A stretch of 60,225 nucleotides of DNA from Actinomycetota bacterium (GTDB lineage Bacteria > Actinomycetota > AC-67), in assembly GCA_044866075.1 (NCBI GenBank), contig JBIOTQ010000046.1, positions 1 through 60,225 of the forward strand, in the 5' to 3' direction. Within the stretch, counting starts at the first letter, position 1. Each line of letters starts with the position of its first letter. The notes below the pieces were generated by a model. The model was not told where the DNA came from, did no database searches, and saw nothing but the letters and a program-made list of their open reading frames with translations. This document shows positions 28,693-36,707 of this stretch, piece after piece. The position numbers and the translations under genes are program-made.

Positions 28693-29664
28693 CTACCGGG
28701 CGAGCGCCTGCTGGACCCAGGCCACGACCTGCTCGGGGTGCTCCTCGATGTGTTTCGCCGTGACGTGCAGGACGCGCCAACCCAGCGTAAGTAGCTCGTT
28801 CCCGCGAGCACGGTCGTGATCGAATGCTCGTCGTCCGCCGTGGTAGCGGAAGCCGTCCGCTTCGATCGCGACGCGTTGCGCCGGGTACGCGAAGTCCAGC
28901 CGGCCCACCAAGCGATCTTCGTCGTTGACGACGTACTGCAGCATGGGGAGCGGCAATCCAGCTCCCCGTAGAACTCTGAGCACGGACGCCTCCAACGGAC
29001 TGTCGGTGAAGCCGACTGTTGCTCGTGCGTCCACGAGCTGCCTCAGTACAGGCGTTCCACGACGACGTCGAGGGATGGCGTCTTGCAACCAGCGCTCAAG
29101 GAACGGCAACGAAACCAGCCGTCGACGGAGGCATTCGTCGAGACTTTGCTCGACGACGTCGGGGGACTCCACAGCGGCAAGATCAAGCAGCGTGCGGGCC
29201 GGCTTCGTAACGGGGATCCCATCGATCGTGATGACGTCGTCGGCAGGGATGCCTTTGGGCGCAGAGTGAAGCGTGACTTCGAGCGGCCCGACAGGGCGTC
29301 GATTGCGATTCCTTCGTACGGTGAGCTCCACGCGGCCCTGATCGAAACGGGTCATCCCTCGCATGACGAGAGCGGATCGATGCGACAGCGCGCTTCCGTC
29401 GCCGAAATGCAGGCAAGTCGCGAGTACCAGCTGACGCCATGTCTCGGTCGTGCCCGCGAGGCGGTAAACGGACGGATACAACCACTCCCAGCGTCCGACG
29501 CGAAGGCGCCACTCGATCGCGGCCCTCGTCGCTCCACACGCGAGCGCCTGCGCGCGCGTGAAGATGCCGTGCTGTTCGCCGGCGATGCGCCCGATGCGCC
29601 GGTCGATCGACGCATGTGTGTGATGGTGCTCGTATAGCGAGGTCATCCACACACGCGATACCAC
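28693..29664 (-). CDS. DUF559 (Vsr-like endonuclease fold) protein with AbiEi_4-like N-terminal wHTH
   Basis: N-terminus GIFTRAQALACGATRAAIEWRLRVGRWEWLYPSVY. C-terminus DFAYPAQRVAIEADGFRYHGGRRAFDHDRARGNELLTLGWRVLHVT. Local GC is about 61% by hand count against about 72% in the flanking VWA gene. Confidence 0.8.
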   Translation of the reverse strand: MVSRVWMTSLYEHHHTHASIDRRIGRIAGEQHGIFTRAQALACGATRAAIEWRLRVGRWEWLYPSVYRLAGTTETWRQLVLATCLHFGDGSALSHRSALVMRGMTRFDQGRVELTVRRNRNRRPVGPLEVTLHSAPKGIPADDVITIDGIPVTKPARTLLDLAAVESPDVVEQSLDECLRRRLVSLPFLERWLQDAIPRRRRGTPVLRQLVDARATVGFTDSPLEASVLRVLRGAGLPLPMLQYVVNDEDRLVGRLDFAYPAQRVAIEADGFRYHGGRRAFDHDRARGNELLTLGWRVLHVTAKHIEEHPEQVVAWVQQALAR

Positions 29665-29724
29665 CTGGCGCAGCTCGATGCCGCTGTGCGAGCCTGGATC
29701 GCGAGGCGAGTCCGGAACGAGCCC

Positions 29725-30606
29725 TTAGTTGTCGCGCGGGTTCGGCGCGATCTTCAGGTGGCCGGCGACCTTCTCGACGTCGGACTGGAACTTCAGCAGC
29801 ACGGTCAGCGTGCGCTGCGCGGTGGCCTCGTCGAGCTCGGTCACGCCGAGGTGCAGCAGGGTACGCGCCCAGTCGAGCGTCTCCGCAATCGACGGTGCTT
29901 TCTTCAGCTCCATCGCGCGGATCGAACGCACCAGCCGCACGATCTGGTCGGCGAGTATCTCGGGCAGCTCGGGCACGCGCGTCAGAACGATCGCCTTCTC
30001 GCGCTCGATGTCGGGGTAGTCGAGGTACAGGTACAGGCAGCGCCGCTTCAGCGCCTCGGACAGCTCCCGCGTGTTGTTGGACGTCAGGAAGACGAACGGG
30101 ATCTGCTTCGCGACCACGGTTCCCATCTCGGGGATGGAGACCTGGAAGTCGGAGAGGAGCTCGAGCAGCAATCCCTCGAACTCGAAATCGGTCTTGTCGA
30201 TCTCGTCGATCAGCAGCACCGTTTGCTCGTTCGAGCGGATCGCGGCGAGAAGGGGACGCTCCAGGAGGAAGTCCTCGGAGAAGATGTTCGTCTCGACCTC
30301 TTCCCAGCTCTGCTCGCGGCCTTGCTCTGCCTGGATCCGCAACAGCTGCTTCTTGTAGTTCCACTCGTAGAGGGCCTTGGCTTCGTCGACGCCCTCGTAG
30401 CACTGCAGGCGGATCAGCTTCGCGCGGAGAGCGCGGGCTACGGCCTTCGCGAGCTCGGTCTTGCCGGTGCCGGCCGGTCCCTCGACGAGGACGGGCTTGC
30501 CGAGCCGGTCGGCGAGGAAGACGACCGTCGCGATCGATTCGTCGGAGAGGTAATCGCCCTCGCGCAGACGGTCGACGACCTCGGGCGGCGTGCCGAAACG
30601 GCTCAC
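29725..30606 (-). CDS. MoxR-family AAA+ ATPase
   Basis: Walker A GPAGTGKT, Walker B LLIDEIDK, RRCLYLYLDYP. GTG at 30606 forms a GTGA overlap with the upstream DinB-like gene. Confidence 0.9.
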   Translation of the reverse strand: MSRFGTPPEVVDRLREGDYLSDESIATVVFLADRLGKPVLVEGPAGTGKTELAKAVARALRAKLIRLQCYEGVDEAKALYEWNYKKQLLRIQAEQGREQSWEEVETNIFSEDFLLERPLLAAIRSNEQTVLLIDEIDKTDFEFEGLLLELLSDFQVSIPEMGTVVAKQIPFVFLTSNNTRELSEALKRRCLYLYLDYPDIEREKAIVLTRVPELPEILADQIVRLVRSIRAMELKKAPSIAETLDWARTLLHLGVTELDEATAQRTLTVLLKFQSDVEKVAGHLKIAPNPRDN

Positions 30607-31043
30607 ACGGATCCCAGGAAGGTGTCGAGCTGCTCGATGTGCTCGTCGTAGTGGCCGTGCGCGTTGCCTTCGACGATGCGCACGAGATTCTCGCCGAGGT
30701 CGTTCGGGAGGAGCGCGATCTCCTCGCGGAAGCGGTGCCGGGCCGCGCCCGACATCACGCGCACATCGTGAAGGGATAGCTCCTTGCTCTTCTCGTACTG
30801 ATCGCGGTTGAACTCGTCGACCGGCGGATACTCGGGCAACGTGCCCAACGTGCGCAGAACCTCGAAGCGGTCCATCGTCACCGCGTGCCACGCGGCGATA
30901 TGCGCGAGGACGTCCTTCGCCGTCCAGTCACCGTTCACGCCCGGGCGCAGCCAATCCTCCTCGCTCAGCCGCTCGAGGCGTGCGTGCAGCTCCTTCCAGC
31001 CGAGATCCTCGGCGTCGAGGAGATCTTGTTTCAGTCGGCTCAT
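30603..31043 (-). CDS. DinB/ClbS-like four-helix-bundle protein
   Basis: DWTAKDVLAHIAAWH...GNAHGHYDEHIEQL histidine pattern. 4-nt overlaps with proA upstream and MoxR downstream. Confidence 0.6.
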   Translation of the reverse strand: MSRLKQDLLDAEDLGWKELHARLERLSEEDWLRPGVNGDWTAKDVLAHIAAWHAVTMDRFEVLRTLGTLPEYPPVDEFNRDQYEKSKELSLHDVRVMSGAARHRFREEIALLPNDLGENLVRIVEGNAHGHYDEHIEQLDTFLGSV

Positions 31044-32293
31044 GCGCGTACCTGCCCTTCGCCTTCCACGATGTACTTGTACGAGGTGAGCTCCGCGAGC
31101 GCCATCGGGCCGCGTGCGTGGAGCTTCTGGTTAGAGATTCCGATCTCGGCGCCGAAACCGAACTCGCCGCCGTCGGCGAAGCGCGTGGACGCGTTGACCA
31201 TCACGCAGGCCGAGTCGACCTCGGCCGTGAAGCGGTTGGCGGCGGCGTAGTCCTCGGTGACGATCGCGTCGGTGTGGTTCGTGCCGTACGTGTTCACGTG
31301 CTCGATCGCGTCGTCGAGCGAGTCGACGACCTTCACCGCGAGAATCAGGTCGAGGTATTCGGCGCGCCAGTCCTCCTCGCTCGCCGCGGCGACCCGATCC
31401 GAATACGAGCGTGCGCGGTCGTCGCCGCGCAGCTCGACGCCGGCCGCGAGCAGCTCCTCGATCGCGCGCGGCAGGAAGGCGTCGGCCTTGGATCGATGGA
31501 CGAGCAACGTCTCGACCGCGTTGCACACACCGGGCCGCTGGGTCTTCGCGTTGATCAGGATCGGCAGCGCCTTCTGGAGGTCGGCGCTCGCGTCGACGTA
31601 GACGTGGCAGTTCCCGACGCCCGTCTCGATCACGGGCACCGTCGAATCCTCGACAGTCGTGCGGATCAGGTCGGCGCCACCGCGCGGGATCAGCACGTCG
31701 ACGTACTCGCGCATGCGCATCAGTTCCTTGGCACTCTCGCGATCGGTCGACGGGATCAGCTGCACGGTGTTCTCCGGGAGGCCGGCCTTGCGACCCGCGG
31801 TGTCGATGATCCGCGCAAGCGCGATGTTCGACGAGATCGCGATGCGCGAGCCGCGGAGGATGCAGGCGTTGCCGCTCTTCACGCACAAGCCGGCGGCGTC
31901 GACGGTCACGTTGGGCCGGGCCTCGTAGATGATCCCGACCACGCCGAGCGGGACGCGCACCTTGGTGATCCGCACGCCGTTCGGGAGCCGCCAGCCGTCG
32001 AGGACCTCGCCGATGGGGTCCTTGAGGCCGATGATGTCGGTGAGACCCGTCGCCATGCCGGAGATGCGCTCGGGTGTCAGGGTCAGACGGTCGATCAACG
32101 CGCCGGCGATCCCGTCGGCTTGCGCGCGTTCGAGGTCTTCGGTGTTGGCGTCGAGGATCTCGTCGGCGTTGTCCTCGAGGGCCGCCGCCATCGCGCGAAG
32201 GGCGTCGTTCTTGATCGCCGAGGTCGCGCCTGCGAGGCGCCGGCCGGCCGCGCGGGCGCGACGGCCTATGTCCAGGACTTCGCTCATCGTCAC
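31040..32293 (-). CDS. proA: Glutamate-5-semialdehyde dehydrogenase (gamma-glutamyl phosphate reductase)
   Basis: GVCNAVETLLVH, VNASTRFADGGEFGFGAEIGIS, full length. Confidence 0.93.
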   Translation of the reverse strand: MTMSEVLDIGRRARAAGRRLAGATSAIKNDALRAMAAALEDNADEILDANTEDLERAQADGIAGALIDRLTLTPERISGMATGLTDIIGLKDPIGEVLDGWRLPNGVRITKVRVPLGVVGIIYEARPNVTVDAAGLCVKSGNACILRGSRIAISSNIALARIIDTAGRKAGLPENTVQLIPSTDRESAKELMRMREYVDVLIPRGGADLIRTTVEDSTVPVIETGVGNCHVYVDASADLQKALPILINAKTQRPGVCNAVETLLVHRSKADAFLPRAIEELLAAGVELRGDDRARSYSDRVAAASEEDWRAEYLDLILAVKVVDSLDDAIEHVNTYGTNHTDAIVTEDYAAANRFTAEVDSACVMVNASTRFADGGEFGFGAEIGISNQKLHARGPMALAELTSYKYIVEGEGQVRA

Positions 32294-33405
32294 AGGATAA
32301 CCAGGGAGTCGCGGTGGATGACTTCCCTTCCGCCCTCGCGGATGCTGCGACCGCGCACGCCGTCGAGCTCGTCGGCGGAGTAGTTGACCAGGCCGCGCGC
32401 GAAGATCAGGTCGTCCGGCCCGGCGACCTCGACCGCGTCGCCGGAGGCGAACCGCCCGCGGTGGCCGGTGACGCCGGCCGGGAGCAGGCTCCTCCCGGCG
32501 TCGACCAATGCCTTCTTCGCGCCAGCGTCGACCTCGACCACGCCACGCGGCGACTGCGCGAACGCGATCCAGAGCTTGCGCGACGCCCCGCGCGCCCGGC
32601 GCGCCGGGATGAACGTGCCGACAATGTCGCCGCGCAGGACGTGCGACAGAACGTCCGGGCGGCGGGCGTTGGCGACGACGACGCCGACGCCCGACGCGCT
32701 CGCGATCTTCGCGGCCTCGACCTTGGACGCCATCCCGCCGGAGCCGATGTGGGTGCCGGCGCGCGCGCGGATCGCGGGGAGAGACGCGAGGTCGTCGATC
32801 TGGTCCATGACACCCGACGCGCTGCGCGCGGGATCAAGCGTGTGGATGCCCTCGACGTCCGACAGGATGACCAGCAGATCGGCGCGCACGAGGTTCGCCA
32901 CCAGCGCCGCGAGGCGGTCGTTGTCGCCGAACCGGATCTCGTCGACGGCGACCGTATCGTTCTCGTTCACGATCGGCACCACGCCGAGCGCGATCAATCG
33001 CGTCAGCGCAGCGTTCGCGTTGAGGTACCCCTTGCGGCGGATGAAATCGTCCTGGGTGAGGAGAACCTGCCCGACTTTCACGCGGCGCCGCGCGAACGCG
33101 CGCTGATAGGCGTGCATCAGGACGCCTTGACCCACGCTCGCGGCCGCCTGCAGCGTCGGGATGTCCGCCGGCTTACGCCGGAGGCCGAGCGGGTGCAGCC
33201 CGGCGGCGATCGCGCCCGACGAAACCAGGACGCAGGAGATGCCTTTGCGGTGCGCGCGCGAGAGTTCCGACGCGAGTCGCGAAACCTGCGTCTCGTCGAG
33301 CCCTCCGTCCGGCGCGGTGAGGCTCGACGACCCGACCTTCACGACGAGACGCCGCACCGAGGGCAGGGCCCGCGCGCGTCCGGTCCGCGACTTTCGGGAC
33401 GTCAC
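32290..33405 (-). CDS. proB: Glutamate 5-kinase with PUA domain
   Basis: LVVKVGSSSLT, VSSGAIAAG, FGDNDRLAA, C-terminal PUA. Confidence 0.93.
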   Translation of the reverse strand: MTSRKSRTGRARALPSVRRLVVKVGSSSLTAPDGGLDETQVSRLASELSRAHRKGISCVLVSSGAIAAGLHPLGLRRKPADIPTLQAAASVGQGVLMHAYQRAFARRRVKVGQVLLTQDDFIRRKGYLNANAALTRLIALGVVPIVNENDTVAVDEIRFGDNDRLAALVANLVRADLLVILSDVEGIHTLDPARSASGVMDQIDDLASLPAIRARAGTHIGSGGMASKVEAAKIASASGVGVVVANARRPDVLSHVLRGDIVGTFIPARRARGASRKLWIAFAQSPRGVVEVDAGAKKALVDAGRSLLPAGVTGHRGRFASGDAVEVAGPDDLIFARGLVNYSADELDGVRGRSIREGGREVIHRDSLVIL

Positions 33406-34679
33406 GCGTCGCGCTCCGGGATGAACTCGAACGCCTCGGCTCCGATCCGCACCTCGTCGCCGGCCTGCGCGCCGGCACGCTGGAGCGCGTCCTCGACGCC
33501 GAGACCGACGAGCCGTTCCTGGACGTAGCGAACCGCGTCGGCATTGGTGAGGTCGAAGCGCGCCACGAGCTTTTCGGCGCGCGCGTCGCGCACGCGGTAC
33601 GCGCCGTTCTCGCGCACCACTTCGACCCGGACGGCATCGGGTCGGATCCGCAACACGGATGGTTCTTCCTCAGGTGGGTGCGCGTCGCGCTGTCCGGCGA
33701 CGGCGTTCGCGAGGGCGGCCGACAGCTGCTCGACGCCCTCGCCGGTCAGAGCGGAGACGGGGAAGAACGGGTAGGGCGCGGCGGCAGCGCGCGCCTCAGC
33801 GTCGCGTTCGCGCGCGGCGGCGAGGTCGATCTTGTTGCCCGCGACGACGGCGGGACGCTCGGTGAGAGCCGTGTCGTAGGCGGCCAGCTCGGCGCGCAGA
33901 ACTGCGAGCGCGGCTGCGGGGTCGTCCTCCGACAGATCGAGGACGTGGCACAGCACGCGACACCGCTCGAGATGCCGCAGGAACGCGAGCCCGAGACCGC
34001 GCCCTCGGGCTGCGCCCTCGATCAGACCCGGCACGTCGGCGACGACGAAGCGCGTTCCGCCGGTCTCGGCGACGCCGAGGTTCGGCGTCAAGGTCGTGAA
34101 CGGATAAGCGGCGATCTTGGGCGTCGCGGAGGACAGCTTCGCGACGAGCGACGACTTCCCGGCGTTCGGCAAGCCGACGAGACCGACATCCGCGAGGATG
34201 CGCAGCTCGAGCGAGAGCCAGCGCTCCTCGCCCGGCTCGCCCCGTTCGGCGAACGCGGGCGCGCGCCGGCGCGCCGTAGCGAGCGCCGCGTTCCCGCGGC
34301 CGCCGCGGCCGCCGCGTGCGGCAACGAAGGTCGCACCCTCCTCGACGAGGTCGGCCAGAACGGTGCCGGCGTCGTCCCGCACCAGCGTTCCCGCGGGGGC
34401 GGCGACGATCCGGTCCTCCCCCGCCGGACCGTGCCGGTCGGATCCCTGTCCGTGCCGTCCCCGGTCGGCTTTCACGTGAGGCGCGCGGGCCAGCTCGGCG
34501 AGCGTCGCCACGCCCGGCGTCACAAGAAGGACGACCGAACCCCCGTCACCGCCGTTGCCGCCGTCCGGACCCCCCTTCGGCCGGTACTTCTCGCGGCGGA
34601 ACGAAGCGGCGCCGTTGCCGCCATCCCCTCCGCGCACCTGGATGCGCGCCTCGTCCACGAAATCCTTGTTCTTCTGCAT
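33402..34679 (-). CDS. obg: GTPase Obg/CgtA
   Basis: ATG at 34679 gives MQKNKDFVDEARIQVRGGDGGNGAASFRREKY. G motifs GLPNAGKSS and DVPGLIEGA. C-terminal TGS-like/OCT domain. Confidence 0.93.
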   Translation of the reverse strand: MQKNKDFVDEARIQVRGGDGGNGAASFRREKYRPKGGPDGGNGGDGGSVVLLVTPGVATLAELARAPHVKADRGRHGQGSDRHGPAGEDRIVAAPAGTLVRDDAGTVLADLVEEGATFVAARGGRGGRGNAALATARRRAPAFAERGEPGEERWLSLELRILADVGLVGLPNAGKSSLVAKLSSATPKIAAYPFTTLTPNLGVAETGGTRFVVADVPGLIEGAARGRGLGLAFLRHLERCRVLCHVLDLSEDDPAAALAVLRAELAAYDTALTERPAVVAGNKIDLAAARERDAEARAAAAPYPFFPVSALTGEGVEQLSAALANAVAGQRDAHPPEEEPSVLRIRPDAVRVEVVRENGAYRVRDARAEKLVARFDLTNADAVRYVQERLVGLGVEDALQRAGAQAGDEVRIGAEAFEFIPERDA

Positions 34680-34762
34680 GATCGTCCGACTCTTCCGATC
34701 CGCTCGCCCGCCCCGACGAATGCACTGTAGCAAGCACCTTCAACGGCTTTTGGAGGGTACGA

Positions 34763-35878
34763 TTGCGTGGCGTGAACGGGGTCGAAAAGGGCTGTCTGAT
34801 CATCGCCGACATCAGCGGGTACACGAAGTACCTCACGGGTGTCGAGCTCGATCACTCGACCGACATCCTGGCGGACTTGATCAACACGATCGTGAAGTCC
34901 ATGACGGGAACGTTCACTCTCGCGAAGCTCGAGGGCGACGCGATCTTCTCCTACGCCGTCGACCCCGAGGATCTCTCGGAGGGACCCTCGCTCGTCACCC
35001 TGATCGAAGGCACCTATTTCGCATTCCGTCATCGCCAAGCGCTGATCGATCGTGCGACGAGCTGCACGTGCGACGCGTGCAGCAAGATCCCCACGCTGAA
35101 CCTCAAGTTCGTCGTCCACCACGGGTCGTACGTGGTGCACGAGGTGGCCGGTTCGAAGGAGCTCGTCGGGCCCGACGTGATCGTCGCGCACCGGCTCCTC
35201 AAGAACGAGGTGAAGGAGAGGTTCGGCCTCGACGGGTACGCGTTCTTCTCGGGTCATTGCGCCGAGCGCTACGGGCTCGACACAACCGCGCTGACGCTGC
35301 ACCCCCACACCGAGGTGTACGACGACGTCGGCGAGGTCCAGGGATGGGTGCACGACCTCGACGCGCGGTGGGGCGAAGAGCTCGAGCGCCGGGTCGTGCG
35401 CCTCACCCGCGACGAACCCGGCGTGATGGTGCTCGAGTTCGAGTTCGCGGGCCCGCCGTCGCTCGTGTGGGACTACCTCACGTCCGCGTCGAAGCGGCTC
35501 GCGTGGCAGATGGGCACCGACGACATGATCCAAGACAACCCGCGCGGAACGCGCGGTGTCGGCACCCAGAACCACTGCGTCCACGGCGACGCCACGATCG
35601 AAGAAGAGGTGCTCGACTGGAAGCCGTTCGACTACGTCACGATCAAGGTTCAGAGCCCGATGGGACCGTTCACGTACACCTTCGAGTTGACGCCGGCCGC
35701 CGACGGGTCGCGCACGAAGGTGGTCGACCTCATGAAGCTAACCGGCGGTCCCGAACAAGAAGAGCTCATGGCGGCCGGGATGGGCGAAATGATGACGCAG
35801 CAGTTCGTCGAGGGCATGAACAACATGGCGCGGATGATCGAGGAGAAGGTGTCGCTTCCGAGCGTTAGCTCGGGATGA
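34763..35878 (+). CDS. DUF2652 (nucleotidyl-cyclase-like fold) fused to an SRPBCC/polyketide-cyclase-like domain
   Basis: TTG start 5 nt after GGAGGG. Cyclase-like motifs [22 protein letters not shown] and [13 protein letters not shown]-terminal SRPBCC-like region ([11 protein letters not shown]...). Opposite strand to all neighbours, and its 3' end overlaps rpmA by 14 nt. Confidence 0.7.
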   Translation: MRGVNGVEKGCLIIADISGYTKYLTGVELDHSTDILADLINTIVKSMTGTFTLAKLEGDAIFSYAVDPEDLSEGPSLVTLIEGTYFAFRHRQALIDRATSCTCDACSKIPTLNLKFVVHHGSYVVHEVAGSKELVGPDVIVAHRLLKNEVKERFGLDGYAFFSGHCAERYGLDTTALTLHPHTEVYDDVGEVQGWVHDLDARWGEELERRVVRLTRDEPGVMVLEFEFAGPPSLVWDYLTSASKRLAWQMGTDDMIQDNPRGTRGVGTQNHCVHGDATIEEEVLDWKPFDYVTIKVQSPMGPFTYTFELTPAADGSRTKVVDLMKLTGGPEQEELMAAGMGEMMTQQFVEGMNNMARMIEEKVSLPSVSSG

Positions 35879-36116
35879 TGTCGACCAGCTTGCGGTCGCC
35901 GCGGTTCCGGTAAGAAACCTTCCCGGCGATACGCGCGAACAGGGTGTCGTCCCTGCCGCGCCCGACGTTGAGCCCTGCGTGGACCCGCGTCCCGCGCTGG
36001 CGGACGATGATCGAGCCGGCCGTCACGACCTGGCCGTCGTACCGCTTCACGCCGAGGCGCTTCGCGTTCGAGTCCCGGCCGTTCCGGCTGGAGGATGCAC
36101 CCTTCTTGGAGGCCAT
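35865..36116 (-). CDS. rpmA: 50S ribosomal protein L27
   Basis: [29 protein letters not shown]... Confidence 0.95.
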   Translation of the reverse strand: MASKKGASSSRNGRDSNAKRLGVKRYDGQVVTAGSIIVRQRGTRVHAGLNVGRGRDDTLFARIAGKVSYRNRGDRKLVDIIPS

Positions 36117-36158
36117 AGCGCGGCCAGGCTACCAGAGCGCCCGGGGCCTGTCCTCGGC

Positions 36159-36692
36159 CTACTTCGACGGGGACTTCTTCGCCGCCGATTTTCTCGGTTT
36201 CGCCGCGCTCTTCTTGGCCGCCGTCTTGGTGCTCGTCTTGGCCGCGGTCTTCTTCTTCGGGGTCACCTTCTTGGGGGCGCCTTCCGCCTTCTCTTCCGCG
36301 GCCTGGCGCTGGAGCTCGCGCGCCGTCCGTTCGGCTTCCTCGGCGGCCCGCTTCTCCTCCGCGCGCTCGACGACGTCGCCGAATCGCAGCTCGGCGATTT
36401 CGACCAGCGTCATCTTCTGGCGGTGGCCTGTGTGCTTGCGGTAACCGGTCTTCTGTCTGTAGTTGAAGACCTCGAGCTTGTCGGCCTTGATGTGTTGGAT
36501 CACCTTGCCGACGACGGCCCCCTGATCGGTCAACTGGGCATGGTCGGTGACGATCGTCCCGTCGTCCTTCGCGATCATGAGCGGGACGAAGCGCACCTCC
36601 TCGCCCGGCTCCTGTTTCAACAGGTCGACCGTGATCTGCTCCCCGACCGACACTTTCTCCTGGTGTCCGCCGGTCCGGATGATCGCGTACAT
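36159..36692 (-). CDS. rplU: 50S ribosomal protein L21 with a roughly 70-aa Lys/Ala-rich C-terminal extension
   Basis: MYAIIRTGGHQEKVSVGE... L21 core of about 105 aa, then ...AEEKAEGAPKKVTPKKKTAAKTSTKTAAKKSAAKPRKSAAKKSPSK. Confidence 0.92.
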   Translation of the reverse strand: MYAIIRTGGHQEKVSVGEQITVDLLKQEPGEEVRFVPLMIAKDDGTIVTDHAQLTDQGAVVGKVIQHIKADKLEVFNYRQKTGYRKHTGHRQKMTLVEIAELRFGDVVERAEEKRAAEEAERTARELQRQAAEEKAEGAPKKVTPKKKTAAKTSTKTAAKKSAAKPRKSAAKKSPSK

Positions 36693-36707
36693 GAGGGGTC
36701 CTCCCAG

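Noticed and set aside
27304-28794. 496-aa plus-strand ORF
   Set aside because: It is antisense to the VWA/CoxE gene, which has clear MIDAS and family motifs. No motifs appear in the antisense product.
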